A DNA stretch of 64,000 bases from Tubiluchus corallicola (GCA_030141605.1 JAQGDQ010000485.1:104412-168411); one strand, 5' to 3'; positions 12,718 to 25,238 are shown, counted from the first letter of the stretch. Program-made: numbers and translations. Notes: generated from the letters alone by a model not told the origin.

Positions 12718-13259
12718 CACCCATATCTCGGTTTGCCGGATAACTTGGGGGGACGTTTGTCCGAATTTGCCAATTGTTCGCATTACCGATACTAAGCTAA
12801 TAAAGTAGGTGCCATGTACGTATTAGGCTCACAGTAATGTAGAATCAATCACCAAATTGTCTCAGAAACGTTTCCTAGGCCGCTCCTATGCAAAAGAATA
12901 TATAAAAACTATCGGCAGTTGACTCAAATAACTCTGCATAATTGACTTTACATTTTTTCTGCACATGCCTAAATAAGATACTTTTGTGCGATCAATGAGC
13001 TTTTACTATATTTATTTTGTTTTACTTCTCTTTTTTGCACTATAGTACACGTAGAAACAATCATGTTAAGTACAGTTGTTACACACTGCTTGGTAACACT
13101 AATGTAACAATGTAAACAAAGTGGCGGGCCACCAACAAGCGGTCAGCTCGTGAAACATTAAATTGTGTCCGTAGTATGCTGGACTTTTTAACGGTCCAGA
13201 TTTTGTCCGAATCTTCCAGTATCCGTAAAAGTGAGGTCCGGCAAACCGAGATATGAGTG
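12718..13259 (-). mobile_element. Tc1/mariner(pogo)-like MITE family C
   Basis: TA|CACCCATATCTCGGTTTGCCGGA ... TCCGGCAAACCGAGATATGAGTG TIRs; reverse complement of 18477-18922. Confidence 0.75.
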
Positions 13260-14170
13260 TGTATCAAATGAAAGGTCTTGTTAAAGTGAATTGAGTGGCA
13301 TGAGTCACACTCACATTGGTTGACCCCCGACACCTTAGTCATGTGTCAAATGAAAGGCCTTGATAAGGTGAATTGAGTGGCATGAGTCACACCCACATTG
13401 GTTGACCCTCGACACCCTAGTCATGTGTCAAAAGTGAGAAGTTTCAATTTTAGTTTCTATGCAAGTTTTCAGTGAGGCAAATCAAATGATGAACTTTGAC
13501 CCACATCTGATTGACCCTTGCCCCCAGGTCACGGTCAAGAAGTGACAAGTTCTGATTTCATTGAAATTTGAAACTGTTAATATCAAGCTCAACAGTACTT
13601 AAGTACATATTATTTAATTATTCTGAAAAAAATTTCAATGTAAATACGAAACAAAAACTGTTACTTAAAACATCTCCCTGTCCCAGAAGCAGAATCTTAC
13701 CAGAGTTTCTGTCACCATCAAAACTGTTCACTAGAGATTCATAAATTATTATGATGTTACATGATGTCGAACTATTACTTAGTCGTCGGATTCACTGAAC
13801 TCAAGATTATGGATTAGAAATGACGTCAGTGCCGCCGTCTTGAATTTAAGAGGGCAAATCAGAAATCTGACTCTGTCAGTCGATGCAGTGTGCGTTTTAA
13901 TTTATTTCTGTAAAATTTCATGATGGTGCATTGAGAATTGGCTGAGTCTTAGGCTTTTTGAAAATCACGCTATTGTCACCATCATGAATTTAATAAGGCA
14001 AATCAAGAATTTGACTCCAACAGTCGATGCAGAATTCATTCTAGTATATTTATATGCTTCGTGCGAATTGGCAGAGCCTTAGCCTTTCTTCTAAAGTAAT
14101 GTTGTCACAGCTATCTTGAATTCAGAATGACAATTCGAAAATCGGACTCCATCAGTCGATGCCAATTTTC
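13260..14170. repeat. TE-associated degenerate tandem repeats (82 bp x2; ~125-140 bp x3)
   Basis: tcaaatgaaagg...tgacccc unit duplicated at ~13260-13430; three units with GCC(A/G)TCTTGAATT...GACTC...CAGTCGATGC-like motifs at ~13830, ~13975 and ~14105. Confidence 0.55.
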
Positions 14171-14299
14171 CTCTAGCATATTTCTGCAAAGCTTCATGAC
14201 AATCTTTTCCAAATGACGTTATTTTGTAATTACAATTATGTTACTAATTAATTATGAAATCTAAATTGAGAATGGGGGATCAAAAACCCAACTCCATGT

Positions 14300-14777
14300 T
14301 CCGTTCCAGGCCCACCCGCGATAAGTGAATTTCCGTGAGGTAGGCACACTATACTTATTTTAGTAGTTATACATTATTTTAAGTTTTCATAAACCTTCCC
14401 CACACTCTTATGCATAACACTTTCCATCAGTCAACCAATCGTATATTGTGTACAATCTCACCTGGGCAAGTAGTGTCTCAAGCGGGCACAAGTACTACAT
14501 TTCGTTTTTGGTGTGTATTCATCCGCCGAATAAATACACTATTTACTGTAAATGGTAATTTTTCATGATTTATAATATTCTTTTAATGTTAGAATTAATA
14601 TTTTTAATATATTTTTATACATTTTGTGATTTTTTATGCAAAATTCATCAAATCTATACTTTACTGTACAGTACGTACTACGCATGTGCAAAAATATTTT
14701 AGACGGAGTACCGCAAAAACCCGCGAAACAGCGAAAATACCGCGATAAACGAACCGCGAAGTAGCGAGGGAACACTG
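14300..14777. mobile_element. Tigger/pogo-like MITE with the left end lost
   Basis: Right TIR ...CCGCGAAGTAGCGAGGGAACACTG|TA and repeated ccgcga motifs. Confidence 0.55.
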
Positions 14778-16087
14778 TACACTAATGCAGTCAGTTGATG
14801 TTTTGCAAAGCTTGCAATCTTTTTGACAAATACGATGATGATACTCTGTAGTGGGTTTCTGTGCCAATAATTACAGCCATTGCCTACCTTTGTGCCTGCT
14901 CTGCTTACCTAACCACCACGCGACAGCAACATTCCACATGCTCCTCTGCTTGACTGTCTATTATCTATCACTAACTTAGTGTCAGTAAACAATAACCTGT
15001 TTAGGTTCAACACCTCTAACCATTATATCTATTTTTATGCTTGTTAGAACTGACAAAAATATACCTAAACCCTTTCTTGGTGTAGTGGCAAATGGTGTCA
15101 GCCACTTTTTGTTTTCACTGTAGTGACGTCTGTCGCATTTTTTTCAGATACTGTGTAGTATCTGATCTGTATGCAAAATTTCTCTCCATGAATACAAGCT
15201 ATTTTATGATTATAATTACACTCCTGCAAAAATGAGAATATAATCACCTCTCAAAAAACTAGAACTATAATATGTAAACCTACTCCCATGACCTTCTTTC
15301 TCCAAACTGTTTTTAGCACTATCCTGTTCTCACTGACCTACCTTGCTTTTCCTTTTTCACATTTATTACATATTTTTTTCTCTCTAGTACAAAGTACATA
15401 TACTAACAAATGCCAGGTGCCACTTGCTGGTTGGCCGCTGCTTTGCGATATGCTTCAGTGAAACCTAAAGACATGTGCTCACACTTAGCATAGCCTCTGT
15501 GGTTAACGCATTTCTAGGACCAATTTTTACGTTTGTTTTCATAAACAAGAAATCTGTTCAAATCTGTTCATAATTGTTCAAAGAGGAAAAAAGTTCTATT
15601 TGTAATGTTAAGAATGAGGACAATTGAAATGAACAATGTATTGTTAAACTAATTCATATTGAATAGAATGCTAGTCTAACTGTATTTCTACTGGCTGTGC
15701 CACTTAAATTTAGGTCGTGAGCCGCTACTGTGTTACATGTTGCATCTGTAGGTTGAGTACTAGTGTTATTGAACCTAGGTAATAACGCAAACTTGAGCAT
15801 TAATTTTAGTATTTTAATCACATAATCACTATATGTATATATAGTTACATTGACTTAAATTTAACCTTCAATTGTTTATGTGTGGAGCATAGAATTGTCT
15901 TATGTGGAAGAAAAAATGCCACAATGAAAAACAAAAAACATCTATTGAGTCACATGTAAACATTGGTGACGAGGTGTTTAGAAATGTTTCGTTGTGTAGA
16001 TACTACGTGTAGATAGCTGAACATTTCTCATGTAATTTTAGGTTATGACTGAAGGCTAAACATTTTAAGACAAGCAAACGATTCAAC

Positions 16088-17458
16088 ATGGATCCTTTAA
16101 TCTACTTCAAATGCACGGCCTGTTCTGAATGTTTTATGTCAGAGGACATTTTCTTTTCGCACACTCGAACCTGGCACTGCAAGATTCTTGTCACTGAGGG
16201 TCACGATGCAGAGACTGTGCTTGATGTTAGCTTACATGCTTTTAGTGAAGATGACTCTGATATAGTTGACCTCAGTTCTTCTGGCATGTGTAACTCTACT
16301 GCGATGAATGACAGAAATGAATGTGCTACTCCAAAAGGCAATGCTGTTGATACTAGCTCACTTGCAAAGAAATATTTGGATGATAATGGTGTAAAGATTG
16401 AGCCAGTCTCTCAGTTAAACGATGGTATTACAACAGATGATGCGAGTGAAGAAGACCAAATCATGCGCATTGAAAATAGTGCAAGCATTGTAGCTCCATT
16501 TGATACTCGAGATGCAAGCATGAAGGATCCAGAAAGTGAAATCCTACCTCAGCCAGTAGATGAGACATTTGTCCAACAGGAACCGACTTTCAAGTTTATA
16601 GATGACAACGCTGGCATTGTAGCGCTGGCTGACGCTCATAGTACTAACAGAAAAGACCAGCAAAGCAGAAGCCCACCTCCGTTTACAACAAAGGAAACAC
16701 ACATTAAACAGGAACCATCAGTCATGTGTGTAGGAGATAGTGCAGGCATTTTAGTTTCAGATGATGCTCATGACACTAATGTAGAACATCAACAAAGTCC
16801 GAATCCATCTCAGCTTGCTGGTGGAAAGACGTGTATTCAACAGGAATCGTTCAAATTATCTGATGTGTCTGATTACACCTTGCTGGAAGCAAAGTGCTTG
16901 CCTCATAGAGGGAGGTGGACAGTGAGAAAAAGGACACATCTTGATAACTTGCCAGACATGTTTAAAAATCATATTACGAAAAAGAAAAAATCCGAAAGAA
17001 AACAAGTGCCAACGCTCAAGCCTTTTGGAAAACAAAATACAAGAGAATTTGCATATCAGTGCGGGAAAGCATTTCAATCAGTTGCAGAAGTCGAAATGCA
17101 TGACCGCTTTCACACTCATGCAAAACAGTACTCTTGCAATATCTGTAAAAAAGTCCTTTCTTCTAGAAGCAGTTTGAAGTCGCATTTTAGAAGTCATACA
17201 GGTGAAAGACCGTTTGTGTGTTCGTTTTGCAAGAAAGCTTTTCTACAGACCGACGCTCTGAGATCACATTTAAGAATTCACACGGGCGAAAGACCGTTCA
17301 TTTGCTCTTTTTGCCAAAAGGGTTTCGCTCAGTCTAATAATCTGACGGCACATATTAGAATTCATACTGGCGAAAAACCGTTTGTGTGCCGTTTTTGCCA
17401 AAAGGGTTTTGCACAGTCTTCCAACTTGAGAAGTCACAATAAGACGTGCCGTAATTGA
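16088..17458 (+). CDS. C2H2 zinc-finger protein unit 3 (456 aa; N-module, triplicated linker, 1 degenerate plus 4 fingers, the last C2HC)
   Basis: Intact ORF with TGERPF/TGEKPF linkers; acceptor AG at 16040-16041. Confidence 0.93.
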   Translation: MDPLIYFKCTACSECFMSEDIFFSHTRTWHCKILVTEGHDAETVLDVSLHAFSEDDSDIVDLSSSGMCNSTAMNDRNECATPKGNAVDTSSLAKKYLDDNGVKIEPVSQLNDGITTDDASEEDQIMRIENSASIVAPFDTRDASMKDPESEILPQPVDETFVQQEPTFKFIDDNAGIVALADAHSTNRKDQQSRSPPPFTTKETHIKQEPSVMCVGDSAGILVSDDAHDTNVEHQQSPNPSQLAGGKTCIQQESFKLSDVSDYTLLEAKCLPHRGRWTVRKRTHLDNLPDMFKNHITKKKKSERKQVPTLKPFGKQNTREFAYQCGKAFQSVAEVEMHDRFHTHAKQYSCNICKKVLSSRSSLKSHFRSHTGERPFVCSFCKKAFLQTDALRSHLRIHTGERPFICSFCQKGFAQSNNLTAHIRIHTGEKPFVCRFCQKGFAQSSNLRSHNKTCRN

Positions 17459-18476
17459 AAGGAACAACTGTGAAGCCGCTATAGTATTTGCAATTGTTAC
17501 TGTGTCGGTTCCCACGCAACATTTGTGACTCGATTTCTGCTCAGGAATGGGCGCAGTAATTATTGAAAACGTCAATGAAAAGGCTTGCTGCTTTCAAGCG
17601 CATGAAGTTGGTAAAGCTAAATGTTTGTCTTTAATAGTGACCCAAGAAGTAGCCTTGGAATTCGGTGTAATGGTCATCATGTGTGCTTGGCAACCGATAT
17701 TGCACAATGCAGATCTTAGTCAGTAAATCGATGTGTGACTTCTGTGAAAACTGAATGGTTTCATCTACCAGATTGGCTCCGTATAAAGATCCTTTTGGTG
17801 GAACCCGTATGTCGTATAGTCGTTCAAATGCAGCAGCGACTTCTGCTGGTTCAGCGTCACATCTTAGAGCTTTAGCATTGGAAATGAGCTCTTTCTGTTA
17901 ATGGTTGATTAATAGATTAATTGATATTACAACCATGTATGAATCGACGATATACAGTAATTCAATTAATCGAGAGCAAAATATGCTAAAGGAACTAAAA
18001 GGAAGTATGCTGGCATAAATTAACCGAGTCCTTCTATTTTTTCTGTATTTTTCTCATCTTCCACAATGCAGACAATTGTGAACGACAGTGTTGCAAACGC
18101 TGGGCTCCAAATTTGCTGATGTGTGATGAGTGTAGTGATGTACTCATAGAGTTATTAATGAAAAAGCAGGTATGTGTTTATAAAAATAGTTTCCGAGTAT
18201 GAAAAGTGGCAAGCTACGATGAAGACGTGAAGAAGTTGTAGGCTATATCTCACGGCAATCATCGAAAAATGTGGCTAAAACACTAAAAATTATCGCAAAA
18301 GATTAATCGTGATATCGAATTACAAGATAAGAGTGTAGCCGAATTGCAAAATTTCAAAATCGCCCATGTTTAGCTCTTACTGAGCGATGGATAATGGATT
18401 CCCAGTTTTTGCTGAGTAGTTGCAGGTGTTGTAAAAGGTAAACGTAGAAACTTTACTCTTATGTTGCTCTTACTGA

Positions 18477-18922
18477 ACTCATATCTCGGTTTGCTGCACC
18501 TCGCTTTTACTGATATCGGAAAAATTGGACAAAATCTGGACTGTCAAAAAGTACCGCATACTACGGACACACTCTCTTGTTTCGCAAGCTTATCACTAGT
18601 TGGCGGGCCTTCACTTTGTTTATATCATTACATCAGTGTAACCACGTGTATATCTCTGTGTATAAAAATATAGAGTCAATTATGCAGAGTTGTTTGTGTC
18701 AATTGCTGACAGTTTTTATATACTTTTGCATAGAGGCGGCCTGTAGAAGAAGTTTTGGAGACTATTAGGCATTTGATTCTACACTACCTAATGTAGTCTA
18801 CATTACCTATGAGTCTGATACATGGGGCCTACTGCGTTAGCTTAGTATCGTTAAAATACGGACAATCAGCGAACTCGGACCGACGTCTCGCCGCTTTTGT
18901 CTGGCAAACCGAGATCTGAGGG
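18477..18922 (+). mobile_element. Tc1/mariner(pogo)-like MITE family C
   Basis: ACTCATATCTCGGTTTGC ... GGCAAACCGAGATCTGAGGG|TA; homologous to 12718-13259 and 33457-33628. Confidence 0.72.
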
Positions 18923-19652
18923 TAGTTCATTTTAAACTTTTTTTGTGCTTCTTTAATTTGAGAATTCACTATGAGTGTTTTAAGTACAGTAGAAGTATGT
19001 TTGAATTTTCACTATTCAGTATATTGTAGTTTCAGATAAGATAGTCTTTATCGGCTACCAAAAAATAGAATGTGTTTTGAATTTTAAATTTATTACGGGA
19101 ATATTAACCCGCAAACTCTGAAGTACTGTATATTTCAAAAAAGGTTATAAAATAAATTTGTACATGTATCACTCCTACATGTTTAGAAAGGTCCAGGTTA
19201 GCAAGAAAGAAAACTAGTGATTTATTTAGCGCATCTGATAAGAAATTATCGTATAATATCATTACTGCATGCTCTCAGGCATCAGCTGCTCGTAAATAAT
19301 TGTTCAGTTTTCATGCAAGATAACGTAATTTCTTATAATACTATGTTGAAATGTTTTCACGTCATAATTAGTACTGGGGTTTAAGTTTTGAAGTTTTATA
19401 GACCACAAAATTTCAAGGCAAAAAATTTACTGATCTTTTAAATGTTGAATATCGCACATAGTTTCAAATGCATTACAAGCAAACAGTTTTTTGTATTCAC
19501 TTGCATTTTAGAATATCTGTAATATTTTAGCAATACAACAATGTCAATATGTTATAGGTTACGTATGTTTTGCTATTGTTATTTAAAATTTCTTATATAA
19601 TTTTTAGGCCTGTCTGCAGAGTAGACAATTGTTGATGGACTAAGAACTTAAG

Positions 19653-20520
19653 ATGGAGCCAATAATCTGTGTCAAATCACAGGCCGTTCCGAATGTTTTA
19701 TGCCAGTGAACATTTTTTGCATGCACCTGTACTTACTACTTAGCAATGTGTAGGATTCTGATTAATGTAGGTCAGAATGCATTTGACAATTCTTGTGGAT
19801 CCAACATTGTGAAGGTTAACGATACCATGCAGAGTGACCTGTATTATTAAAGGAAGACCGGACGATTGTTTAGGCTCAATCTCATTTTAATTTACTGTCT
19901 AAAATATACATTTTCTTGCCTATGAAAGTTAACAATTGTTCCTTATATTTGAATAATTAGCTTAGAAAGATAATTAATGGCAACTGAACACAGCTACTGC
20001 TTACGTCAGAAGCTAACCACAGTTTGTGCAATGACAGGCATTTTCCCTTGCGCGTCAAGCACATTTGCATCAGTGTTACAGTACTGTTTAAACGCGTGAT
20101 GTCACAAAAAATGGGCTCTACGTCATATGACGTCAGAAACTAACACAGCAGTTCATGATCATGCCTATCACGGTACCGCCTTCTGTTTGTCGGCCACGCG
20201 CACGTGATAAAAAGGCGCCGCTGCCAATCGTAGTAGATTCACTGAGCCGAGCGTAGCTTTGAAAGTTTAACGAAATTTGAGTATCCGAGGTAATTATTAT
20301 TTAATCTAAGCTTTGATTTAAAATAAGCTATTGTAGTTTTCAATATTTTAGAACATTCTTTATTCTGAATTCGTGTTTACACAATTATCTGCTTTTCCTT
20401 TAACAACTGCTTCCCTGTTACACCAAAGGAGGATTTTGATAATTATAGTAAGTGGGCCAAGAGTATCTCATGTGAAATATATGGTGGTCGCTCTGTGTGT
20501 CTCCGTGATGAAAAATTAAC
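19653..20520 (+). pseudogene. Decayed zinc-finger family unit (psi), interrupted by a MITE
   Basis: ATG GAG CCA ATA ATC TGT GTC AAA..TCC GAA TGT TTT ATG..ATT CTG ATT AAT GTA GGT CAG AAT GCA aligns to the N-module with frameshifts and stops; acceptor AG at 19606-19607. After the MITE the sequence reads NNCFPVTPKEDFD..SCEIY, similar to unit 4 NSGFPSSTRSNFD..SCEKY. Confidence 0.8.
19847..20403 (-). mobile_element. Kolobok/T2-like MITE family A inserted in psi
   Basis: TTAA TSDs and both TIRs. Confidence 0.88.
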
Positions 20521-20745
20521 CTTTCATGAAAGCTATTTGTAACAAAAAACTGTTGCCTATGGCAGATAATGAGTTTGCTGTCGATCATTTGTGTTTTTTC
20601 GACTGTAAAGTAAAATTAAAAAATAAAATAACAAATTTCTCCAAAAGTGAATCTCTTTCTTTTAATAGTTTAGATTATTGCACAAGAGAATTTAGTAATG
20701 CCTACAACATTTCTTTGTCCGTCTGTCGTTCTGTCCATTCATAAG

Positions 20746-22029
20746 TCTGTTCGTCTATAATTCTGTTTCTGGCCTTGTGAATAAAGTTTCAAGCCAAACT
20801 TTCTGTTCATCTATAATTCTGTTTCTGGCCTTGTGAATAAAGTTTCAAGCCAAACTTTCTGTTCATCTATAATTTTGTTTCTGGCCTTGTGAATAAAGTT
20901 TCAAGCCAAACTTTCTGTTCATCTATAATTCTGTTTCTGGCCTTGTGAATAAAGTTTCAAGCCAAACTTTCTGTTCATCTATAATTTTGTTTCTGGCCTT
21001 GTGAATAAAGTTTCAAGCCAAACTTTCTGTTCATCTATAATTCTGTTTCTGGCCTTGTGAATAAAGTTTCAAGCCAAACTTTCTGTTCATCTATAATTCT
21101 GTTTCTGGCCTTGTGAATAAAGTTTCAAGCCAAACTTTCTGTTCATCTATAATTCTGTTTCTGGCGTTGTGAATAAAGTTTCAAGCCAAACTTTCTGTTC
21201 ATCTATAATTCTGTTACTGGCCTTGTGGATAAAGTTTCAAGCCAAACTTTCTGTTCATCTATAATTTTGCTGGCCTTGTGAATAAAGTTTCAAGCCAAAC
21301 TTTCTGTTCATCTATAATTCTGTTTCTGGCCTTGTGAATAAAGTTTCAAGCCAAACTTTTTGTTCATCTATAATTCTGTTACTGGCCTTGTGGATAAAGT
21401 TTCAAGCCAAACTTTCTGTTCATCTATAATTCTGTTTCTGGCCTTGTGAATAAAGTTTCAAGCCAAACTTTCTGTTCATCTATAATTCTGTTTCTGGCCT
21501 TGTGAATAAAGTTTCAAGCCAAACCTTCTGTTCATCTATAATTCTGTTTCTGGCCTTGTGAATAAAGTTTCAAGCCAAACTTTCTGTTCATCTATAATTC
21601 TGTTTCTGGCCTTGTGAATAAAGTTTCAAGCCAAACTTTCTGTTCATCTATAATTCTGTTTCTGGCCTTGTGGATAAAGTTTCAAGCCAAACTTTCTGTT
21701 CATCTATAATTCTGTTACTGGCCTTGTGGATAAAGTTTCAAGCCAAACTTTCTGTTCATCTATAATTTTGTTTCTGGCCTTGTGGATGAAGTTTCAAGCC
21801 AAACTTTCTGTTCATCTATAATTTTTTTTCTAGCCTTGTGAATAAAGTTTCAAGCCAAACTTTCTGTTCATCTATAATTCTGTTACTGGCCTTGTGGATA
21901 AAGTTTCAAGCCAAACTTTCTGTTCATCTATAATTCTGTTACTGGCCTTGTGGATAAAGTTTCAAGCCAAACTTTCTGTTCATCTATAATTCTGTTACTG
22001 GCCTTGTGGATAAAGTTTCAAGCCAAACT
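20746..22029. repeat. 56-bp minisatellite, ~23 copies
   Basis: Unit TCTGTTCATCTATAATTCTGTTTCTGGCCTTGTGAATAAAGTTTCAAGCCAAACTT; units start at 20802 and 20858 (period 56). Confidence 0.97.
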
Positions 22030-22849
22030 GTTTGTTCTAACTTCTTCATCTTTAACTAATAAGTTGCTAATTAACTAATAACTAATAATCTAGGGTTGTC
22101 TCATTCAGCATGCTTTCCTGAAACCACAGCATCTGGTTTATAAGGTAAGATAAAATAAATTTTTGCAAGGAATTTACAATTCGCCAGACAGTTTAAATGC
22201 ACTAGCCCCTAACCCCGAAAAATATAGATTTAGCCATTTATTTGAGGTCACTTTTATTTGGATATCGAGTTACCGAGATTTGATATTTTTGATCCTGAAT
22301 GCCATTTGATTTTTTTTAAAGCACAGCTGACATAGGTAAGGAGTTTAATGTTTTCCTTGACCTTGAAATGCAGATTTAGTCATTTATTTGGAATAGTTTG
22401 GATATTGGGCTACCTAGGTATATCACTTTTGTGTTTTTGTTGGGAATCTTGGATATAACATGTCATAACATGAATGCATGTCTAGACTTTCTTCCTGTTA
22501 TTTTCCATCTCGAAAGTGTTTTAGGACCATAAGGCGAAGCTAGTAAATTTTGCTGCGGTAAATAACGTGGAGTGCAAAATGACCCCTGTAAGCCCCCGAC
22601 TGTTAGGTTCCACGGGAAGAATCGTGGAACTTTGTCTTTGCTGATGTTCTTTTTGAAACTAGTATATTTAGCCCAAATTTTTTTCATATCAGATATTTGC
22701 ATAATTAATATAAACAGTTAGTTTAAACAATATTTTCATTTGACAAGAAATATTATAATTGTAATAAGTACAATTTCAATAATGCTTTAAATAATACTAG
22801 ACCATTATGGTAAAGTTTCATCATTCATTGTGCAGCGCACAGGTACATG

Positions 22850-23236
22850 CTGTTGTTGGCATCCTTCTGTCTCGGAAGACAATGGAGTGTGCGCCAAGAG
22901 AGCCTGTTATTGATCACATTGATAGAGCTGCAGCGTCGACTGTGGCTGAGCGATCCGATCCTTGAACGTCTCCAGGGCGCACGCCTGGGCAAGGTGTATG
23001 GATATCCTGAGTTGCCCAGACAACAGGAACTCCCTCTCTTCCCTCCCTGGTGTAATCCAAAGGAAAGCGGAGCGATACGTTTGGCATCAGGTTGGCTGCA
23101 GGAGCTGCCAGAGTCAGTGACCATGCTGCGATGACCATGCCGCCTTCGGGGCTCCACTCCTAATTTGGAAGGTTTACTCCTCTACACATGGCCTTTGGGT
23201 CACTTGACCTCCTCCACCCTCTAGCCGTTGGCTGCT
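22850..23236 (-). mobile_element. 5'-truncated copy of the 5S-headed SINE, retaining the full 3' body and tail
   Basis: Reverse complement matches 4513-4737 and adds ~145 nt ending CCATTGTCTTCCGAGACAGAAGGATGCCAACAACA. Confidence 0.82.
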
Positions 23237-24124
23237 TGTACAGCTCCTCTGCTGAAACTTTACCATCATGGTCTTAGTATTATCCGAAGCATTATTGAAA
23301 TTCTGTACTACCAAGAACCTATTTAAGTACAATTGCAAGTAATCAAATAGCTAACAGGTATAACCTATATAAAAGCCTTTCAGTGAGTCGATACTCACTT
23401 ATAAGTTCCTTAGGTACATGATTACAAAAATTGTTATTTATTCTATTGGTAAGAAAGAAATTAAGAAAGTTATGTAACTTGTTTGTTGAATAGCGGGTTG
23501 AAAGGAACAAAAACGGTTGAATTCTGTATCAATAAAACGTGTTTATAAAAATTAATCAAAAAATGAAGATACAAACTGATGTATTAAAATCTAAAACAAG
23601 TCTAATACAAGTCAAGTCTATTTAACAGCATAATACCCTTGTATAAATAGAGATATCCAGTGATTACCAATGTATATTAATGGAAATAAAGAATATTATA
23701 TATATATATATATACATGTATAATATCCTTGAAAATGCGGATGTATAATTATAGTACACCATAATCTGAGGCTGTTTACTGCATTTTAACTGCAGGCATG
23801 TCAGGAAATGACATAAAAAACTATTGACAGTGTTACAGTGAGGCAGTGCCAGTTTAAATTTAATATAGTGTTACTGCATTAATATCCAATTCCACTTTGA
23901 AATTTTTCAATATGGGTTGAATCAAAAATCTATTAAGCAGTCAAACAACTAGGCACATATTCACGAAAATAATTCACAGACTTGTTGACTTGCAGAAGTT
24001 ACTGTAAACCTTTTATGAATCATTTAAGAAGTTGCTAAAGGCACAATACTTCTCTTTTTGAAAGTTTGTCATGTAATTTCTAGGTTGTGACAGAAAAGAA
24101 AGACTGTTGAACTAAAGGATCGTT

Positions 24125-25238
24125 ATGGAATCGATGATTTATTTCAAATGCACAGCCTGTTCTGAATGTTTCATTGCTGAGGACATTTTCTTTGCGCACA
24201 CCCGTACCTGGCACTGTAAGATACTGATTAGTGAAGGTCAGGATACAGACATCGCCTATTGACAACTTTGCAGCGTCCACAAACAAAAATTTTGATGCAG
24301 CTGACAGCTCTTATGGGAACTGCGATGTTGCTGCTAAAGATGTTGCTATCAGCAGATCTAAAACTTCGAGGAATCATCATCTCGGTGATGATCAAGACGC
24401 GGAAATTTCTCAAATTAACAGCGGCTTCCCAAGTTCCACAAGGAGCAATTTTGACATAATCAGTGGCTCCTGCGAAAAATACGATGTCTGCGCCTCTAAT
24501 GGTAATAATAGTCAACATTCTAATGTGTGTAACAATATGCCTGATAAAAATTCATCTCTCATAGAGACTAACCTTAATGCAAATGCAGTAAAGACCGAAC
24601 CGACCTCTCCATTAGATGATGTGGGTTACGGCATAAATGCAACGACTAATGTATGTGCACAAGCTGATTTGAACAGTATAAAAGTAAATGATGATCCTGG
24701 CATCGACAGAATAGAAGAACAACAGCAATCACTCTTACCTTTCCTGTCAACACTAGAGTGTGCTTCATCAACAGATATTTGCAGAAGTGCAAATGTTGCA
24801 CAGCCAATTAACTTATTTTCCAACCAGAGGAGATATTCAACAAGAGTAAATGAGTTACACATGCAAGCTGGCATATACCGGCCAAGCGAAAACGCTCTCG
24901 TAAAAGAATCTGCTTATTTCTGTCGATATTGCAGACGAGCGTTCAAATATCTCGAGCATGTTAAAAGACATGAAAGAATTCACACGGGTGAAAAACCTTT
25001 TTCGTGCAGTGTGTGTAGAAAACGCTTCAACCAAGAAGGGAATTTAAAAATTCACATGGTGACTCACACAGATGAAAAACCGTTTTCTTGCAACGTGTGT
25101 GGAAAACGTTGTAATCTAGAAAGAAATCTAAAAAGGCACATGAAAATTCACACAGGTGATAGACCTTTTATGTGTTCTATTTGTAATAAATGCTTTACTC
25201 AGTCTTCTCACTTGAAAAAACACATCGTGACCCACTAA
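24125..25238 (+). pseudogene. Zinc-finger unit 4 with a single frameshift near 24245-24252 (N-module plus 4 fingers; possibly a null allele or assembly error)
   Basis: ATG 24125 reads [45 protein letters not shown] (TGA 24260-24262). The adjacent frame is open to TAA 25238 with four intact fingers; acceptor AG at 24082-24083. Confidence 0.85.

Noticed and set aside
18830-18925. CpG-rich promoter or first exon for psi/unit 4
   Set aside because: It is the right end of MITE family C (reverse complement of 12718-12830).
20746-22029. CRISPR-like array
   Set aside because: Head-to-tail units with no unique spacers, in a eukaryotic context; the same applies to the 72-, 89- and 93-bp arrays.
24231-25238. 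335-aa ORF starting at GTG as a complete gene
   Set aside because: The family start is ATG 24125 in another frame; this ORF is the downstream half of frameshifted unit 4.
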